DNA of 64,000 nucleotides from the human T2T-CHM13v2.0 reference genome, Homo sapiens (GCF_009914755.1 NC_060929.1); one strand, 5' to 3'; counted from the stretch's first letter, positions 1 through 17,383 are shown. Notes: generated by a model not told the origin, from the letters alone. Translations and numbers: made by a program.

Positions 1-205
1 AGCATTGGCACCTTTATAAAGATTTCCAAATTTTCCTAAAATACCTCAGTGGCCTCGCTGGCCAGAGCAGTGTTGATAGATACAGGGAAGTTGGAAAAAT
101 CTAGATTTTAACTGCATATGTTGCTACCCTGAGTAAAATCAGAGTTATGATATGACAGGCAAAATGAGAAATTGATATTAAATAGACAACCACTAATGTC
201 TACTA
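1..205 (-). mobile_element. Old MaLR LTR fragment (MLT1J/K-like)
   Basis: Degenerate match to the reverse complement of an MLT1 start (gggaagttggaaaaatctag...gttgctaccctgagtaaaatcagagtt). Confidence 0.5.
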
Positions 206-480
206 GAATTTAATAACTCTCTATTTCTTAAATGCTATCTACAGCTGATTTTTTTTCTTGTGTTGTTGTCCTCACACAATCTGCTGCAGTTCAGGAACTA
301 CTTGGAATTCTTCCCTAAAGTAGACAAAGTGAGATTTTTTTTTTTTTTTCAGTAAATGGAACCTATTAATTTTTTTTCCAAGAGGAACAAATTACTTAGC
401 TTTGATGATGACTACCTAACCATTTTTGTCTGTTTGTCTGTTGTCTGAGAATATAAAATAATTATTTTTAAATGTTTCTA

Positions 481-684
481 CAGTAAGTTCTCAATGTCCT
501 TAATAGGTTCTTTAAAATGGTGATTGCAAGAGAAGGGACATACAGCAGGTCCTCAAATTATGTCATTTCCATTACTTCATTTCCTTATAACATTGACGGA
601 AACAATATATATTGTCATTATACTTTATTTTGCTTAAAAATTACAGTTTCCAAGAATCTATGAATGATAAGTGAGGACATACTG
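481..684. mobile_element. MER6B-like Tigger non-autonomous DNA transposon
   Basis: Terminal inverted repeats cagtaagttctca / tgaggacatactg, preceded by TA, with internal cagcaggtcctc motif. Confidence 0.7.
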
Positions 685-1637
685 CAAAATTGTTTGTGCA
701 AGCAATTATTATTGTTATTATTATTATCAATAGGAATGGGTTATAAAAAGATAAATTGACAAAGCATATTCTATTGTGAAATCTTCTTTATCTTCTGCAG
801 ATATTGTAAACCACAATTTAAATATTTTATTGTCTTAGCTTTTAATAGATATAAAATATTGACTTTGGAAAGTGAAAACTATTGTCAAATAGATTTTCAT
901 ATGAAATGATACAAAATGAAATTTAAAATCTATAGGACTTCCAAAGATGCTTTATATAGTTTCTTTAAGCATATAGAGAAATCATTCCTAGACTTAATAT
1001 TTTTCCTCACTGAGCAAAAATGAAATGAAATAAATTTGGGGAGGTAATAGAGAACCAAAAAATGTTGATGAATTTAACTACTTTATGCAGACTGAAGAAA
1101 TAATGTTGAAAAACCTTGTTTTCAATTATATCCTACGAAATTCATTGAGGTCTTTAACTGAGTTCATTTTTATAGCTGATTGAATTCTGTTACAATATGT
1201 TGAGAAAAGGTCATCTTGAAGAATCACAGTTATTGTCCGTCAAGAGCTCTGCATTAGTGGCTGTTGTTTCAGACAGAGCATGGCAGTTTACCTCATCTAG
1301 AGACACTATTCTGAGTCAAGACTGTCAATTCCGAAGATAAAAGGTTGGTTATTTTATTGTCTAACTTTTATCTCCTTACAGATTATCATTCACAATTTTC
1401 CAATGGTATATTTCTCTTATTTATCATGTTTGTAAAAGATTTCTAGAAAATGTTTGGAAAGAATTTAATCGCATATAAGTTCATAATGTATCTTATCTTT
1501 TTAAAATAAATTTATATAACTTTTTGACTAAAAAGTTCTTTCAAACAAAATAATCATTTTTTACTACTTCAGATAAGACTATTTCAAATTCTCATAATCA
1601 TTCAAAATGTAGTAATTTTGGAAATTCTTGTCGATCT

Positions 1638-1940
1638 CTTTTTTTTTTTTTTTTGAGATGGAGTTTCTCACTCTGCCACTTAGGCTGGAGTGCAGTTACA
1701 CGATCTTGGCTCACTGCAACCTCTGCCTCCTGGGTTCAAGCGATTCTCTCTGGCTCAGCATCCTGAGTAGCTGGGATTACAGGCATGCACTACTACACCT
1801 GACTAATTTTTGTATTTTTCAGCAGAGACAGGATTTCACCATGTTGGCCAGGCTAGTCTTGAACTCCTGACCTGACGTGATCCGTCCACCTGGGTCTCCC
1901 AAAGTGCTAGGATTACAGGCTTGAGTCACCGCTCCCAGCC
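1638..1940 (-). mobile_element. AluS element
   Basis: Poly-T followed by a full antisense Alu. TSD tcttgtc(g/a)atct at 1626-1637 and 1941-1952. Confidence 0.95.
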
Positions 1941-4900
1941 TCTTGTCAATCTTAAAGAAGGAGACAAGATAACTTGAGTCCTATATTTTTCCAAGGACTG
2001 GACTAAGAGCATTGCCCTCATTTTCCCATGGGATTTAGGCATTACCATTCTAAGTTTATACACATGGAAACAGAAGCAAAAAACTTAATTAATTCGATCA
2101 ATTTATTAAGCAACTAAGTAGTATTCTAGAATTTGAACACAAAGCATCCTCAACTTCTTTTGCAATAAACCTTACTATTTCAGAAAAAATATTTATAATT
2201 TACGCTATATTTATATTATATTAATTAAACTATAACGTGACTCCAAATAGTATATTAATCTTTGGTAGAAAGGCCAAGTAAGCAGTTTCTTCATGATATT
2301 TATAATAACGCCATGTCAAAATAAATAATAATCTGACTGTGTCTTTGAAACTGATAGTCATTATTAGGTGTAGGGAATTTTACTTGATGCTAAGTGTTCT
2401 TAGCATCTGAGATAGTGTTCTATCTCATCTAAGTGAGATAGATGTTATTAATGCAAAAGAATCTGACTGACAAAATATTTGAAGTTCAATGTCTACTCCT
2501 TTTTAATATCATGTAACACAAAAAATTAAAATACCGAAATACATTAGGAGTGTTGATTAAAAAAATGTGGTATGCTCTTTGTATATAAATAAAGATAGCC
2601 TGTCTGATCTTACTATTTTTATGTACCTGACAATTAAATGTAGAATGTATCAATGTAAATGTTTTCAGCCGCTATATTTTATAAATAAATATTCTTACAT
2701 TAAGATATGTAAAGACTGTATGAAAAATGATACATGAGTTTAAAACATAAACACGCAAATATGAAAATTAAAAAATGGCTTAGTAGTATTTACTGGGCAT
2801 GTGAAAAAAACCCACTATGAGAATCATTTATACAAATGTATGATCTCCATTACTGACTGTCAATGATTTATACATTTCATGTTAATTATGGTCAAAAGAG
2901 CTGATATTGACTACTATAAACAATTGTAAGGGAGGTTTAACTACGATTTTGTAAAACAGTATACTCCTGTATTTTTTGTGACATCAGGTTTTAATTTAGG
3001 TTTTCAGGCTTCCTGAATTGGTCATCAGGAAGATTCAGTATACTTGTATGAAATAGACACAGGCATGACTTAAATTAGATGCACTAACAAAAATAATATT
3101 AAGTAGTTCATAAGTTGTTAACTATGAAACAGCAATCAGAGAATCATCAAATGGCCATGAAAGTAATGAGCATTAAGAGATTTTCATGTCCAGTTAAAAA
3201 CTACACTGGTCTTCCATTCCGTAAGGAAATGGAAAGTTCCATTCTGTTTCTAAGGCCCTGGAATGATACCTGGTAGATTTCTGGTTCTGTCTCCAACCTA
3301 TGTTATGGGAACTAGTTCTTTTGTGTAGGAATTTGATCACTCAGCTTTTGTAGTCACCACCTGACAAAAATTTTATGGTTTCTGAAAAGGCATAGAAAAC
3401 TTGAAATATTGATTTATTTTTAACTCAGTTTACACTATAATAACTGAAGTAAGAGTGAGATTTGAGTTGTGCTAATAAACAACCATCATCCCAGATTTCT
3501 CTTGAATTTCATTTTCTGATAACTCAAAATGACTTTCTCACTCAGTGGCCTTCCTCAAAATGCATTGCTTAGGTTTAGCTGTTTCCTTAGATAGTAAAAT
3601 GTTTTCTTTAATAACTGTAAAAAATGTTTTCTTCCTATGAATCTAGCCAGAAATAGCATATGTATTTTATATTTTATCATCGTAGGCCCCTGTACCTTTT
3701 AAATGGTAGTTAATGTTAAACCATCATTTTTTAGTGCACATTTGTCCTTTGTTGGTACACACTGAACACAAATCATAAAATTACCTTAACGAAAGTCATT
3801 AAAAACAATACATTTTTTTCACAAGATGTTTCACCATACTGATAAGATTTCAGTGTAAAAAAATTCAGATATTATTAATTTAATTCTGTATCACATAGTA
3901 ACTCAACAGCCACACAATTCATTTTCTGGATACAGCTACTCAGAGATGGTTTACAAAATAGGAAGCCAAGGTCTCTGGAAGAGCACAATGGTTAATAAAA
4001 TGCATCTTTCATGGAAACAAGGCAATCGAAACACTGATTTTAGTCATAAGCACTCACAAGTCCACATTTTGAGGGGTCAGAAGTTATGTTTTATTATGAT
4101 TGGTCTTCAATGAAAATAACTGGAAACATGCTGAGGTGCAGTCATACTAATTAGGGGAATGGAATTAAGTGATACTATTAATATACACCATTATAAGTGA
4201 CTACTATTTCCATGCTTCTTATATAACATGCCATCCAACTTAACTGATTCTTTGATTTTCAGTATGTTTGTATTTTATTCCATTCACTTTTCTGCACAAT
4301 TTCAACTAAATTCATTAGTTCTGAGGATGTTTAACAGCATCATAATTGGGTTTTTAAGCACAAATTGCCAAATTTGTTGTTTGTGAAGACTAATGAACAT
4401 TTTATTTTATACCCTACTTAGCACTTTCTACTGATAACTGTCTAACTCTCTAAGATACTTGTATATTTAAAAGATCTTTAAAAACACTTTTGTTCCTTAA
4501 TGACCTAGTAGGACAGATATCCATAGGTTCCCATGATGCATTAGCCAGTATAATACTGATATTAACACACATCAAAGTGGAGGCATGTACTTTATTCAAT
4601 ATATTAAAGCTCTGAAGAAAGGAACAAAGAAATGCAAGAGCAAAGAAAATTTTGTAGAGTAGCATTTGAATAGCAGCCTATTTACACTTGAGATAAACTT
4701 ATTTTTGTTGTTTAATAAGGTACTCACTTAAACTATAATATATGTACATAAATGAATGCACATTGTATTTACATATTATGTTACTGATATATTTGCTTCC
4801 CCCAAATCACAAACTACAGCAGTCCAACACTATTAGAGCATTGGTCTCAGTGACCTAATTTATCCATCCAAGTGCATACACATACATGTATTTACTCACA

Positions 4901-5665
4901 CAACATATGCAAACATTCACATTCAGACACATGAACACACAAAATTGATGTTTGTTAACCAATTGTATGCATAAAAAGTGTAAAATAACTTTTTTAAACA
5001 ATTTTATACAGGCTGTTTATATCACAGCAATATTCTATTAGATAATTGTAACTATTTATAAATAAATGTTTGGCTTTGTATGGCATCGTTAATGGACTAA
5101 TGTCATATATTTGTGTGCATGTGTCTTTATGCATGTATGCCTTTGTGACATGTGCATGCATGTGTGTTAGTATATTTCTAAAAAAGGCAGTTGAAACAGC
5201 ATTCCTGTTACTTTCCTCTAGGGAGATGTGTATTTTAAGGTAGGAATTTATATTTATTTTATATTTGAAGCAAATATTATTATTGGGAAAATAGAACAAA
5301 ATGTGAAATATCACCATTAAAGAATGGCGAGCTTTTCAACTAATTCTAAGCTCTTCTAATGAATAATAATGTGTAATCATAAATATGTACATTTTTGTGC
5401 CACCACTTAGATTACTAGATTAATAAGCATGTTTTCCTAAATATTAAGTGATACCTTGGAACCAACAGAACCTGCAGGTCTCATACTCATTTTAAGTTGC
5501 ATTATGTTATTTATTTTATTATATCCCAATATCTATTTTTCACTTTAACTACATATTACAATCTATTCTACAATTATAATGCATATAAGGATATTTATAT
5601 ATATTCATGTGTATGTTCTTCATTTCTATATCTATATATGTTCTACGTTGTTTTCTTTTTAAGGT

Positions 5666-5724
5666 AAAAGAAAGAGAGAAAGAAAGAAAAGAGAGAGAGA
5701 GAAAGAAAGAAAGAGTTAAGCAAG

Positions 5725-5783
<59 letters not shown>

Positions 5784-5801
5784 AGGAAAGAGTTAAGCAA
5801 G
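5666..5801 (+). repeat. (GAAA)n purine-rich microsatellite
   Basis: Long GAAA/GA runs. AAAGAGTTAAGCAAG occurs twice. Confidence 0.95.
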
Positions 5802-7171
5802 TATGTCTGAGATCCATTCATGCCAGTGTATTTCCATGTTGGAGCACTCCAGGAAAAGAAAGAAGGCAAGTGACCCAATCAAATCCTCTTGTAAACATGA
5901 TAATGACAAAACTCTTGGTAAACAATCTAGTGGTATTAGCTAGAGAGAAAGTGCTTATCTATACCATGTTTTTAGTTGGATGTGCCTCACATAACACATT
6001 GGTAAATAAATCTATAATCTGTAGACTTATGGAACAAGGTTCCCTGAAAAATGGGTTATATGCTATATAATTATAGAAGTATAAAGAGATATTTATGATT
6101 AAAAAATAGCTCCTTTTTGTATTAGTTATGTGGCTATGCCATTTACTTGGAGATGCCAGATGTTGATCTGATTCAGAATGCATCTTGCGCTCAAGAAGGA
6201 TGTATGGTGCTGCTGGAACATCCTAGATCTCTCTCTACTTCATCCATCTCATAAATATGTACATCCTTAAAATTTTAGAAAAACTTGAGATTTGTTACTG
6301 AACACTTGTCTAAATTAAAAATGAGTTTTACTTAACCAAATTTTTAGCAACAAATTGATTGTCAATGGGGACATGTGATTTTTTTATGGTTTTTGGATTC
6401 CGCTGCTGTAGCAAATCCTGTAATACATTATTAAGCAGCCTTCATTACCATTTTGGCCTGATATGACAGGATATAACTGATGTGATATAATGTCATATGA
6501 TATGATTGACATGATATGATTGACATAATATGTTTTGGCCAGTAAAAAATAAAAGGAGAGCAGAATTTATATTTTTTCCTGAAAAAATATTTATGTCTTT
6601 GACATTATTTTAATTCTTTTTTGGTAACACAATATTTGAGGGCTGAATAATTTACTCATTAGAAAAAATTGCCAACCCAAGAAATAGAAATCCCCCAGTA
6701 CAATACAATTTTATATATATGTGTGTATGTATACCTAACAATTTATGTGACAAGCAAAATCAATGTAGGAAAATTTCAAAGAGCTATTTACCCTCTTCAG
6801 CTAAGAATTAAAACTAATATACAAGCGGAGCAAATAATATATTTGAAAATCTCACTCAATGTTTGTAATATGCCATATTTGTTTTAAACACAGATTATTT
6901 ATTTAAGTATTACAGAAATACTGAAGGATAAGTAACATTTTCTTGCACGGGTATAAATAATGGGTTATCAACATAACAGGGAAAGCATAATATATGTACA
7001 TTAATTTATTTTCAATTATTTCATTACATTGTTTTAGAAAAAGTGAGGATATGTTTAAAATATGTTAAAATCACATCATCTAATGGAAAAGAGCATATGG
7101 AAATAAAAACCATTGCTTTGCAACTTACTGTAGCAAACGCTTGCATGCGAGTTATGTGTAAATGCACTAAC

Positions 7172-7291
7172 CTGTTTTAGGGTCGACGGAGAAGTAGGGT
7201 TGTCCCTGGAGAATGCTGTAAACCACCCGAGCGCTGTTTCCATAGGTAGGGTCATCTGCATCAGTAGCTGTCACCTGTAGAACAGAGGTAC
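7172..7291 (-). CDS. CDH18: Cadherin-18 internal coding exon (120 nt; EC2), missed by the ORF track
   Basis: Reads (G)[39 protein letters not shown](G), with the AxDxD motif. Acceptor tgaatgcacag|GT at 7291, donor ACAG|gttagt at 7172. Phase 1-1, and it continues the frame of the 295-nt exon. Confidence 0.95.
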
Positions 7292-7852
7292 CTGTGCATT
7301 CAGGAAAACAAATTTTAGTGTGTGATGGCATTTAGCATATGATTAATTTGAACACAGAAAATGGGTATGCTGAAATAGCTATGGAGATCAGTACTGGTTG
7401 TGTCCTAGTAAATTTAATTAAATTTATGTATAAAACATATTACTTGCTTTCTTTCCCTGTCATCGACTGTAATGAAAGAGAGTCTAAAATATAATATTGG
7501 TCCCAAACCTTTTAACATGGCTCTTTATGTGTTGGTAACATTGTGAATGATGGTCTCTTTTGATTTTCATTAAAAAAGCAATAAAATATAACCAAGATTT
7601 GGTTGGCTTGCACTCATATATCAAATTGCTACTAATTTTGCAGTTAAATCAGAGTTATGATAAAGCTGTGTATAGCATGTTTCATGACTGTTCTGAAAAC
7701 TGGAGGTGGAATGATTTGTGATTAAGTTGGGAAGGTGGGTGAGTTGATATTAAATTATCAATGACATCACAACACTCCATTCAAGTCATTTTCTGTCTTA
7801 CACATTCTTTTTATTTATTACCTGCATAATTAATGAGTCACATAACTGGTCT

Positions 7853-8178
7853 CCTTTTTTTGTCCATTTGTTTTTGTTTGTTTGTTTCTGAGACATGAGA
7901 TGGAGTCTTGCTCTGTCATTCAGCCTGGAGTGCAGTGGTGCGATCTTGGCTCACTGCAACTTCTGCCTCCCAGATTCAAGCAATTCTCCTGCCTCAGCTT
8001 CCTGAGTAGCTAGGACTACAGGCACCCTCCACCATGCCCAGATAATTTTTGTATTTTTAGTAGAAACAGGGTTTCGCCATGTTGGCCAGGTTGGTCTTGA
8101 ACTCCTGATCTCTGGTGATCCGCCCCGCTCAGCCTCCCAAAGTGCTGGAATTAAAGGTGTGAGCCACTGCGCACAGCC
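7853..8178 (-). mobile_element. AluSx-like element
   Basis: Antisense Alu with degenerate T-rich tail. TSD aactggtct at 7844-7852 and 8179-8187. Confidence 0.95.
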
Positions 8179-8772
8179 AACTGGTCTACTAAGTTCAAAT
8201 CTCATTCCTTTAGTGTCTTATACACAGTGCCAACATCGCACTGGATTTTTTAAAATGAAAATGGATTGTAAATTCATTTATAACATTTAAAATACTATAT
8301 TTTGAGGTAATAAAATTATTGAATCTAGTATGATCGTGTCTTTGTGCTTACTTTTTAAAACACGATTTGCATAATTAGATACACCTATATAATATTTCAA
8401 TTGTTTCTAAATGAAAACTTAATCTAAGTATAACATGACAACCATATATTAAGGGATATACAGCTTCATTGCAGAATTAGTGGGTAAGAATGCTCATCTA
8501 AGAATTCACATCTATTCATAAAATGTACCTGATGAATCATCTAATGGTGCATACTTGATATTTTATTCCACATCACTAGAAAAATTCTACCTACTAATTT
8601 GGGTTATCTATCAAGTAAAAATATTTTTACAATCAATTGATCTTGTATGGAATTTTGTATTCATTTTGGTATTTGAATATGGAAGCACTGACAATTAATA
8701 GTTTTTTATTTTAGTAATTATGTCAATGACTCAGGACCTAATGTCTGTTCAACTAGAAAATTTGTACTTCTA

Positions 8773-9159
<387 letters not shown>

Positions 9160-9389
9160 TTATTCTGTGTCTTCAAGGGATCCTAGAAAATAGAATATGC
9201 CAAGCTCACCTAACAATCCTTATTAGCATATCATAAATATGTATAATATATTAAGGATTCTGGCCCCTAAATAGTATTTTAACAATGAGACTCTAAGAAG
9301 AAATATGACTTGCAATTATCCATCCTCAGAGGATGAGAGCTGTGTTATGTCTAAAAGAGATTTCAAATTACAGACCAATCAAATAGTAT

Positions 9390-10545
<1,156 letters not shown>

Positions 10546-10752
10546 AGACAAAGATGTGTTCTTGCCTCTGTGCTACTCCATTCTTAGAGAGGTAGTTTGG
10601 GTTTGTGTGTCCTGTGAGTTTTCTCAATATACCGCTAACCTTTCTGGCTTGATTAAATCAATTCCCACCACAAACTGTCCTGAGCTGGTCACATATAGAC
10701 TATCTCTTCCACTATAAAGTATAATTATTTATTAACATAGCATATTAAGGCC

Positions 10753-11048
<296 letters not shown>

Positions 11049-11309
11049 CATATTAGGGACTTTTTATGTGATGGCACAACACTTGATCCATAACCGATAT
11101 TCAACCCTCCAACTTATTCAGAGAATACCACTAGGTAGGCATCTACGACTAAAAGTTGGTTTTGAAGACATTTTCACTGGTACCTCACTGAAAAAACTAA
11201 AATAAAACAAAGTCTGTTGTTAGGTACCCAGATTAGACTTTAAATGTGCAGCAAGCTTAAAATATGGTTAAAAATGATATAAAATTATTTCAATTAAAGC
11301 TTTCTTTGA

Positions 11310-11610
<301 letters not shown>

Positions 11611-12585
11611 AATCTTTCTTTGATCTGATAAGAGGAGTGTTAACAGTTCTAGGCACATAGAGATTACTGGGATTCGGGAAAGGGAAAACTACAGAAAACA
11701 GTAGAATAAGGACCATTAAAAAACTAGGCTATAAACTCCTCAGGTTTTGAAATTAGCTCTGGCCCTGAAATAGCAATTTAAGCCTAAATAGTTTTTAATG
11801 TCCAAATAGCAGTCCCTGGGCAACCATTTCATGGAAAAAGCTCAGAAGCACAAACAGTGCAAGATCATTCTTCTTTTGCTGTAATAGGCTAAATTGCCAC
11901 ATGAAAGGAGGAGAGTTGCTCTGTTTAGCTTGGGGTGTCTATAAAAGTCCAGCCTTGTTAAGTGAGAGTTGAGATACACGAAGGCAGTGACAAGTTAAAT
12001 AAGGAAAAACAAGGAAAAGAGATGAAAAAGGAAGAAGAGTAGCATGGTGATACTGAGTAAGTGATTGTTTAAAGTAACAAAGGAAACTTAGTAGAGCAGA
12101 CAAAAATATATATATAGTAACTCTCTGCCCTGATCCAAAAGAATGGTCATTAACAGCTACATACATTTCTGCACAGGAAGTCTCACACAATTCTCTTTGT
12201 GTGTGAAGCAAAGAGCAACAAATCGCCTCGTGTACTATGTGTACTGTACTTCGGTAGTGCCTGAAGGCATCAGGGTACCACTTTGAGTACACAGATTGCT
12301 GGTTGAAGGGAGCACACACACACATGAATAGCAGAGCCCAACTAAATGCCAGCCCATCAGAGAACAGAACAGGAGTGGACATAAATAGCAGGGATGGAAA
12401 AGAAATCTCTTGCCCTACTGTTCAAGGATCTTTTACTAGGTAGGACTGGAAAGAAAGCTTAAGGCTGAAAGAAAAATATATTCGTATCTTAAATTCTTGT
12501 TTATTTGAAATCTAGATGGAAAAATTATAAGACTTGGTATTTTCAGTAATTCTTTATATTAGACAAAAGTGTGTGCTTTTATTAA

Positions 12586-12939
12586 TGCTATAGGCTAAAT
12601 GCTCATATGCCCCTCAAATTCATATGTTGAAATCCTAACTTCTAATGTGACAGTATTTGAGGGTAGGGTTTTTGCAAATACCGTGTGAGAGCAGATCCCT
12701 CTTTATTAAGAGATTAGTAACTTTATTAAGAAGGCCACAAAGAGCTTCCTCATTCCTTCTGCCATATGATGACACAGCAAGAAGATGGCCTTCTGTGAAC
12801 CAGGAAGTGTGCCATCATCATGGAATCTTCTTGCACCTTGATTTTGGACCTCCCATCTTTCAGAACTGTGACAAATAAATGTTGTTTAAGCCACCTAGAC
12901 TATGGCTTTCTGTTATGTGAGCCCAAATAAACTAAGACA
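12586..12939 (+). mobile_element. MLT1A-type MaLR solo LTR
   Basis: tgctataggctaaatg...ccctcaaattcatatgttgaaatcctaa ... aataaatgttgtttaagccacc ... actaagaca. Confidence 0.8.
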
Positions 12940-12993
12940 ATCAATTAATCAATAAACAAAAAGTAAATGAATAAGTAAACTAATCAAGGTATA

Positions 12994-13452
12994 TGTTATG
13001 GGTTAAATCATATCCTCCCAAATTGATATGTTGAAGTCCTAATCCCCAGTACCTCAGAATGTGACCTTCTTTAGAAATAGTACTTTTTAAATGAAACTAG
13101 TTAAGAGAAGATCATGCCAGAGTAGTGCGGGCCTCTAATCTACATTGACTGGCATCCTTATAAAAATGAAAAATGTGGAGAAAGGTACATATACACAGGC
13201 ATAACATCATGTGAAGATGAATGTAAATATCAGGGCGATGTGGCTACAAGCCAAAAACACCAAAGATGGTCAGCGAACCACTAGATGCTATGGGAGAGCT
13301 GTGAAACAGGTCACTTCTCTGTTCAGAGAGAATAAACTGGTGACACCTTGTTCTCAGACTTCTAGCTTCCAGACTGTAAGATAATACATTTCTGTTGTGT
13401 CAGCCACCCAGCCTGTGGCACTTTTGTAGGGCAACTCTAGCAAATGAATATG
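12994..13452 (+). mobile_element. MLT1B/C-type MaLR solo LTR
   Basis: tgttatgggttaaat...tgaagtcctaatccccagtacctcagaatgtgacct ... cagacttctagcttccagactgtaagataatacatttctgttg. Confidence 0.8.
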
Positions 13453-15639
13453 GTGTGCTAGAGTTTCAGTGGGAAAAATGGACATTTATTCTCATAATTT
13501 ATAGTTGCTTTTTAATCTGGGCAAAACTATGAAGTTAAAAGTCAAGAAAAAAATATCTGTAATTGTGTATTATGTTTGCAACCAGATACATCATAAGAGA
13601 GATAAAATAAAAAGTTATTGTTACAAGTAGATTACAGTAAATAAAGATGAATATCTGATATTTTTGAACATCAGGCACTTCTAATGATCTGCCTGCTGAC
13701 ATTTTTAAAGTTAGTTAATGCATTATATTGGGCACTTTAATAAAGAATTTTATCACTCGTTAAAAGTTCAAGTGAAACGGATTATCAGTATTTATATCTC
13801 TATGTCTGAGCAATTCCTTTATTTACACTGTGTGCCCAAATTTTATGCATAGTAGAAAAGAAAAAAAATTATTACCCTCTACGTGCTAGACTTCAAAATG
13901 AAAATATATATTGTCTAAAATTCCATTATTCCACCAGAATATTAAAATAGGAATCTAATTTTCTCTGGGAATTATTATATAGATTTGATGAATAGATATT
14001 AAACCAACAGTTCCCCTCCCTAGATAATTGGTTTCCCAATTAAAGAAAAATCTTTCAAAAGTGCTTTAGAAGCATTCTTAAATTTTGAAACTGTTTCCCT
14101 TAAAAGTTATAATCACAAAAATATTGTATTTCAAGTTTCATTGCTTTTTGGTATACAATATTTTCATGGTAAATATTTCCTATGGAACACAGTTAGCTGT
14201 TCCCATGCTGAGGATTAGTTTCTCTCAGCTAATGTTTTATACAAATCTGAGAAAGATTTAAGTACATGAGAATGCCTTCAAGATATCTTTTCTACAATAA
14301 AACTTAAATCTTATTTTCTTTAGGTATTGCCCTGTGTCATTCTCATTCTTTTCGTTTGTTTTTTGGTACTACTGCTTTATAAACAGCACGTATTTTGCAT
14401 AGACACATATCAATGAGAGGCAGAAAGAGTAGACTTCCTGGTAAGTTTCTAAAGACGAATTTGAAATATTTAATAAGGCATTTTTATACCAAGCAAATAC
14501 TCTCTGAGACTGCAAATTGTTATGCATGACTTGTCAGGGTTAACAGCTCTGTTAAAATCTCAAGAGATTCAATGTTGAATAAGAACTTTGAGTAAAAATA
14601 AGCTGGAGATTTACGAAGGCTCAGAGTACTTCTCTGAAGGAATCTCTTAGGGCTTAATTCTCAGAAGATTTTCCCAGGAAACATGAAAAAGAAATAGTCG
14701 TCAAGATACAACTTAAATTTCATTCTATACAGGAGAACTGTAATTTCACCAACAGACCAATAACACTGCATTGTAGTCATTGTGTAATTTAATAAAGTTT
14801 TGAGTATTAACTCAAGTCACTGAATTGAAAAGAAAAAAATATTTCTGCAAGTACACATATGAAACATCTGGGCTGAGTACCAAAACAAAATTCACTATTT
14901 TGTGTACTAACTATAAAACCACAGCAATTGTTAATTTCTGTGCACTTTCAATAGGATCTTATTTATGGCACTAACTAATGTGAAATTTCACATTCACATG
15001 TACAATTTATATTCTGTTCCATAAATGGAAAAAATAATAGTCAGGGAAATAATAGGTATTAAGTGCCAATGATGTGGAAACCCTCTGTTATAAGCCATTG
15101 AATTTAATAAAATAATTAAGTTAACAATAATCTATTGAGAAAATGACATTTAATACTGTTTTACCCATAGAGAAGTTGAAGTTCAAAAAAGTTGTATAGT
15201 TGACAATTGGAGACGGCAGAATTCAAGTCCAGCCCTATCTATTTTGATATGTAGCAGTCTTTCTCATATACACTATTACTTGACCCAGTCAAGATCTGCT
15301 GAATCTTGTTTAATAGTTACAATATTTTCTGCCTTTTTGTTTTGTGTGGTCCTTGCTGGTGTACAATGACAGTCCAGATGCATCTACTTGGGCAGAAGAA
15401 GCTTTCTATCACATTTCCCATAGTGAAAGGCCGAGGCGGTAAGTCCATTTTGTCAAATAAGAGTATGTTGCAGAATACTTAGAAGGGAGTAATATCCAGG
15501 AACTAACAACACTGTTGTGCTCCTCTGCAGCCCTGTAGAATGCTCATAATTCTCTTCATAGTTGTACAGAGTAAATGGCTCTAGTGAAAATTGACTGGAC
15601 TGATCGTATGCCCACTAGTCTTATGTATCTTACAAGTAT

Positions 15640-16137
15640 ATTTGCATATTATCTCAAATTGATTTCCTACCCTGTCCTGCTCTGCTCTGCTTGCAGAAAC
15701 TTAATACCTGTCATTGACATTGATTTGCTTTCCTTATCAACAGAATAAGGGGAAGTTATAGATGGAAACTGAAAAACAAGAATAAGTCAATCTCTCTGTC
15801 TCTGCCTTTCTGTCTCTCTCTCCCTGCCTTTCTGTCTCTCTCTCCCTCCCACCTTCTTTCTGCTTTGGATGATGTCTCTGGCTAAGACTGCAGTACTTCA
15901 GTGGTTCCAGCTCCCTTTCAGCTGCCCCCTACCATGGTCCATTCTATAAGATCCAGGTTCTGTGCTTAGGTAATACTACTACTCTCAGCCTTAAGGGAGC
16001 CATACTGCTGCAGTGATTGTTTCACAGGGTACTATTTGACTTTTCAGTCCCTCCATTTTTGTAACTTGTTCTCAATTTTCTCTATTTGTCTAACTGCCAG
16101 TTGATTTGTTTTTCTGCTAGAACTTTGATTGACACAG
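15640..16137 (+). mobile_element. LTR33-like ERVL LTR
   Basis: Degenerate LTR ending tttctgctagaactttgattgacaca, with internal cagtggttccagctccc. Confidence 0.5.
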
Positions 16138-16248
16138 AAGGTATTAACAGATTTCTCCCCAATGCTCCTTTATCCATTTTGAAAGTAATGACTACACACT
16201 ACCAAACATAAAGGTTAGGTTCTATATTTGATGCTAATATTGTTAGTA

Positions 16249-17383
<1,135 letters not shown>

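Noticed and set aside
11939-12382. 147-aa minus-strand ORF in unique sequence
   Set aside because: No recognisable domain, no cadherin frame and no convincing splice boundaries. It is compatible with chance.
14188-14230. Two small adjacent stem-loops (ggaac...gttcc; gctgag...ctcagc) as an ncRNA
   Set aside because: The stems are short and imperfect, with no snoRNA boxes, Pol III signals or pre-miRNA-length hairpin.
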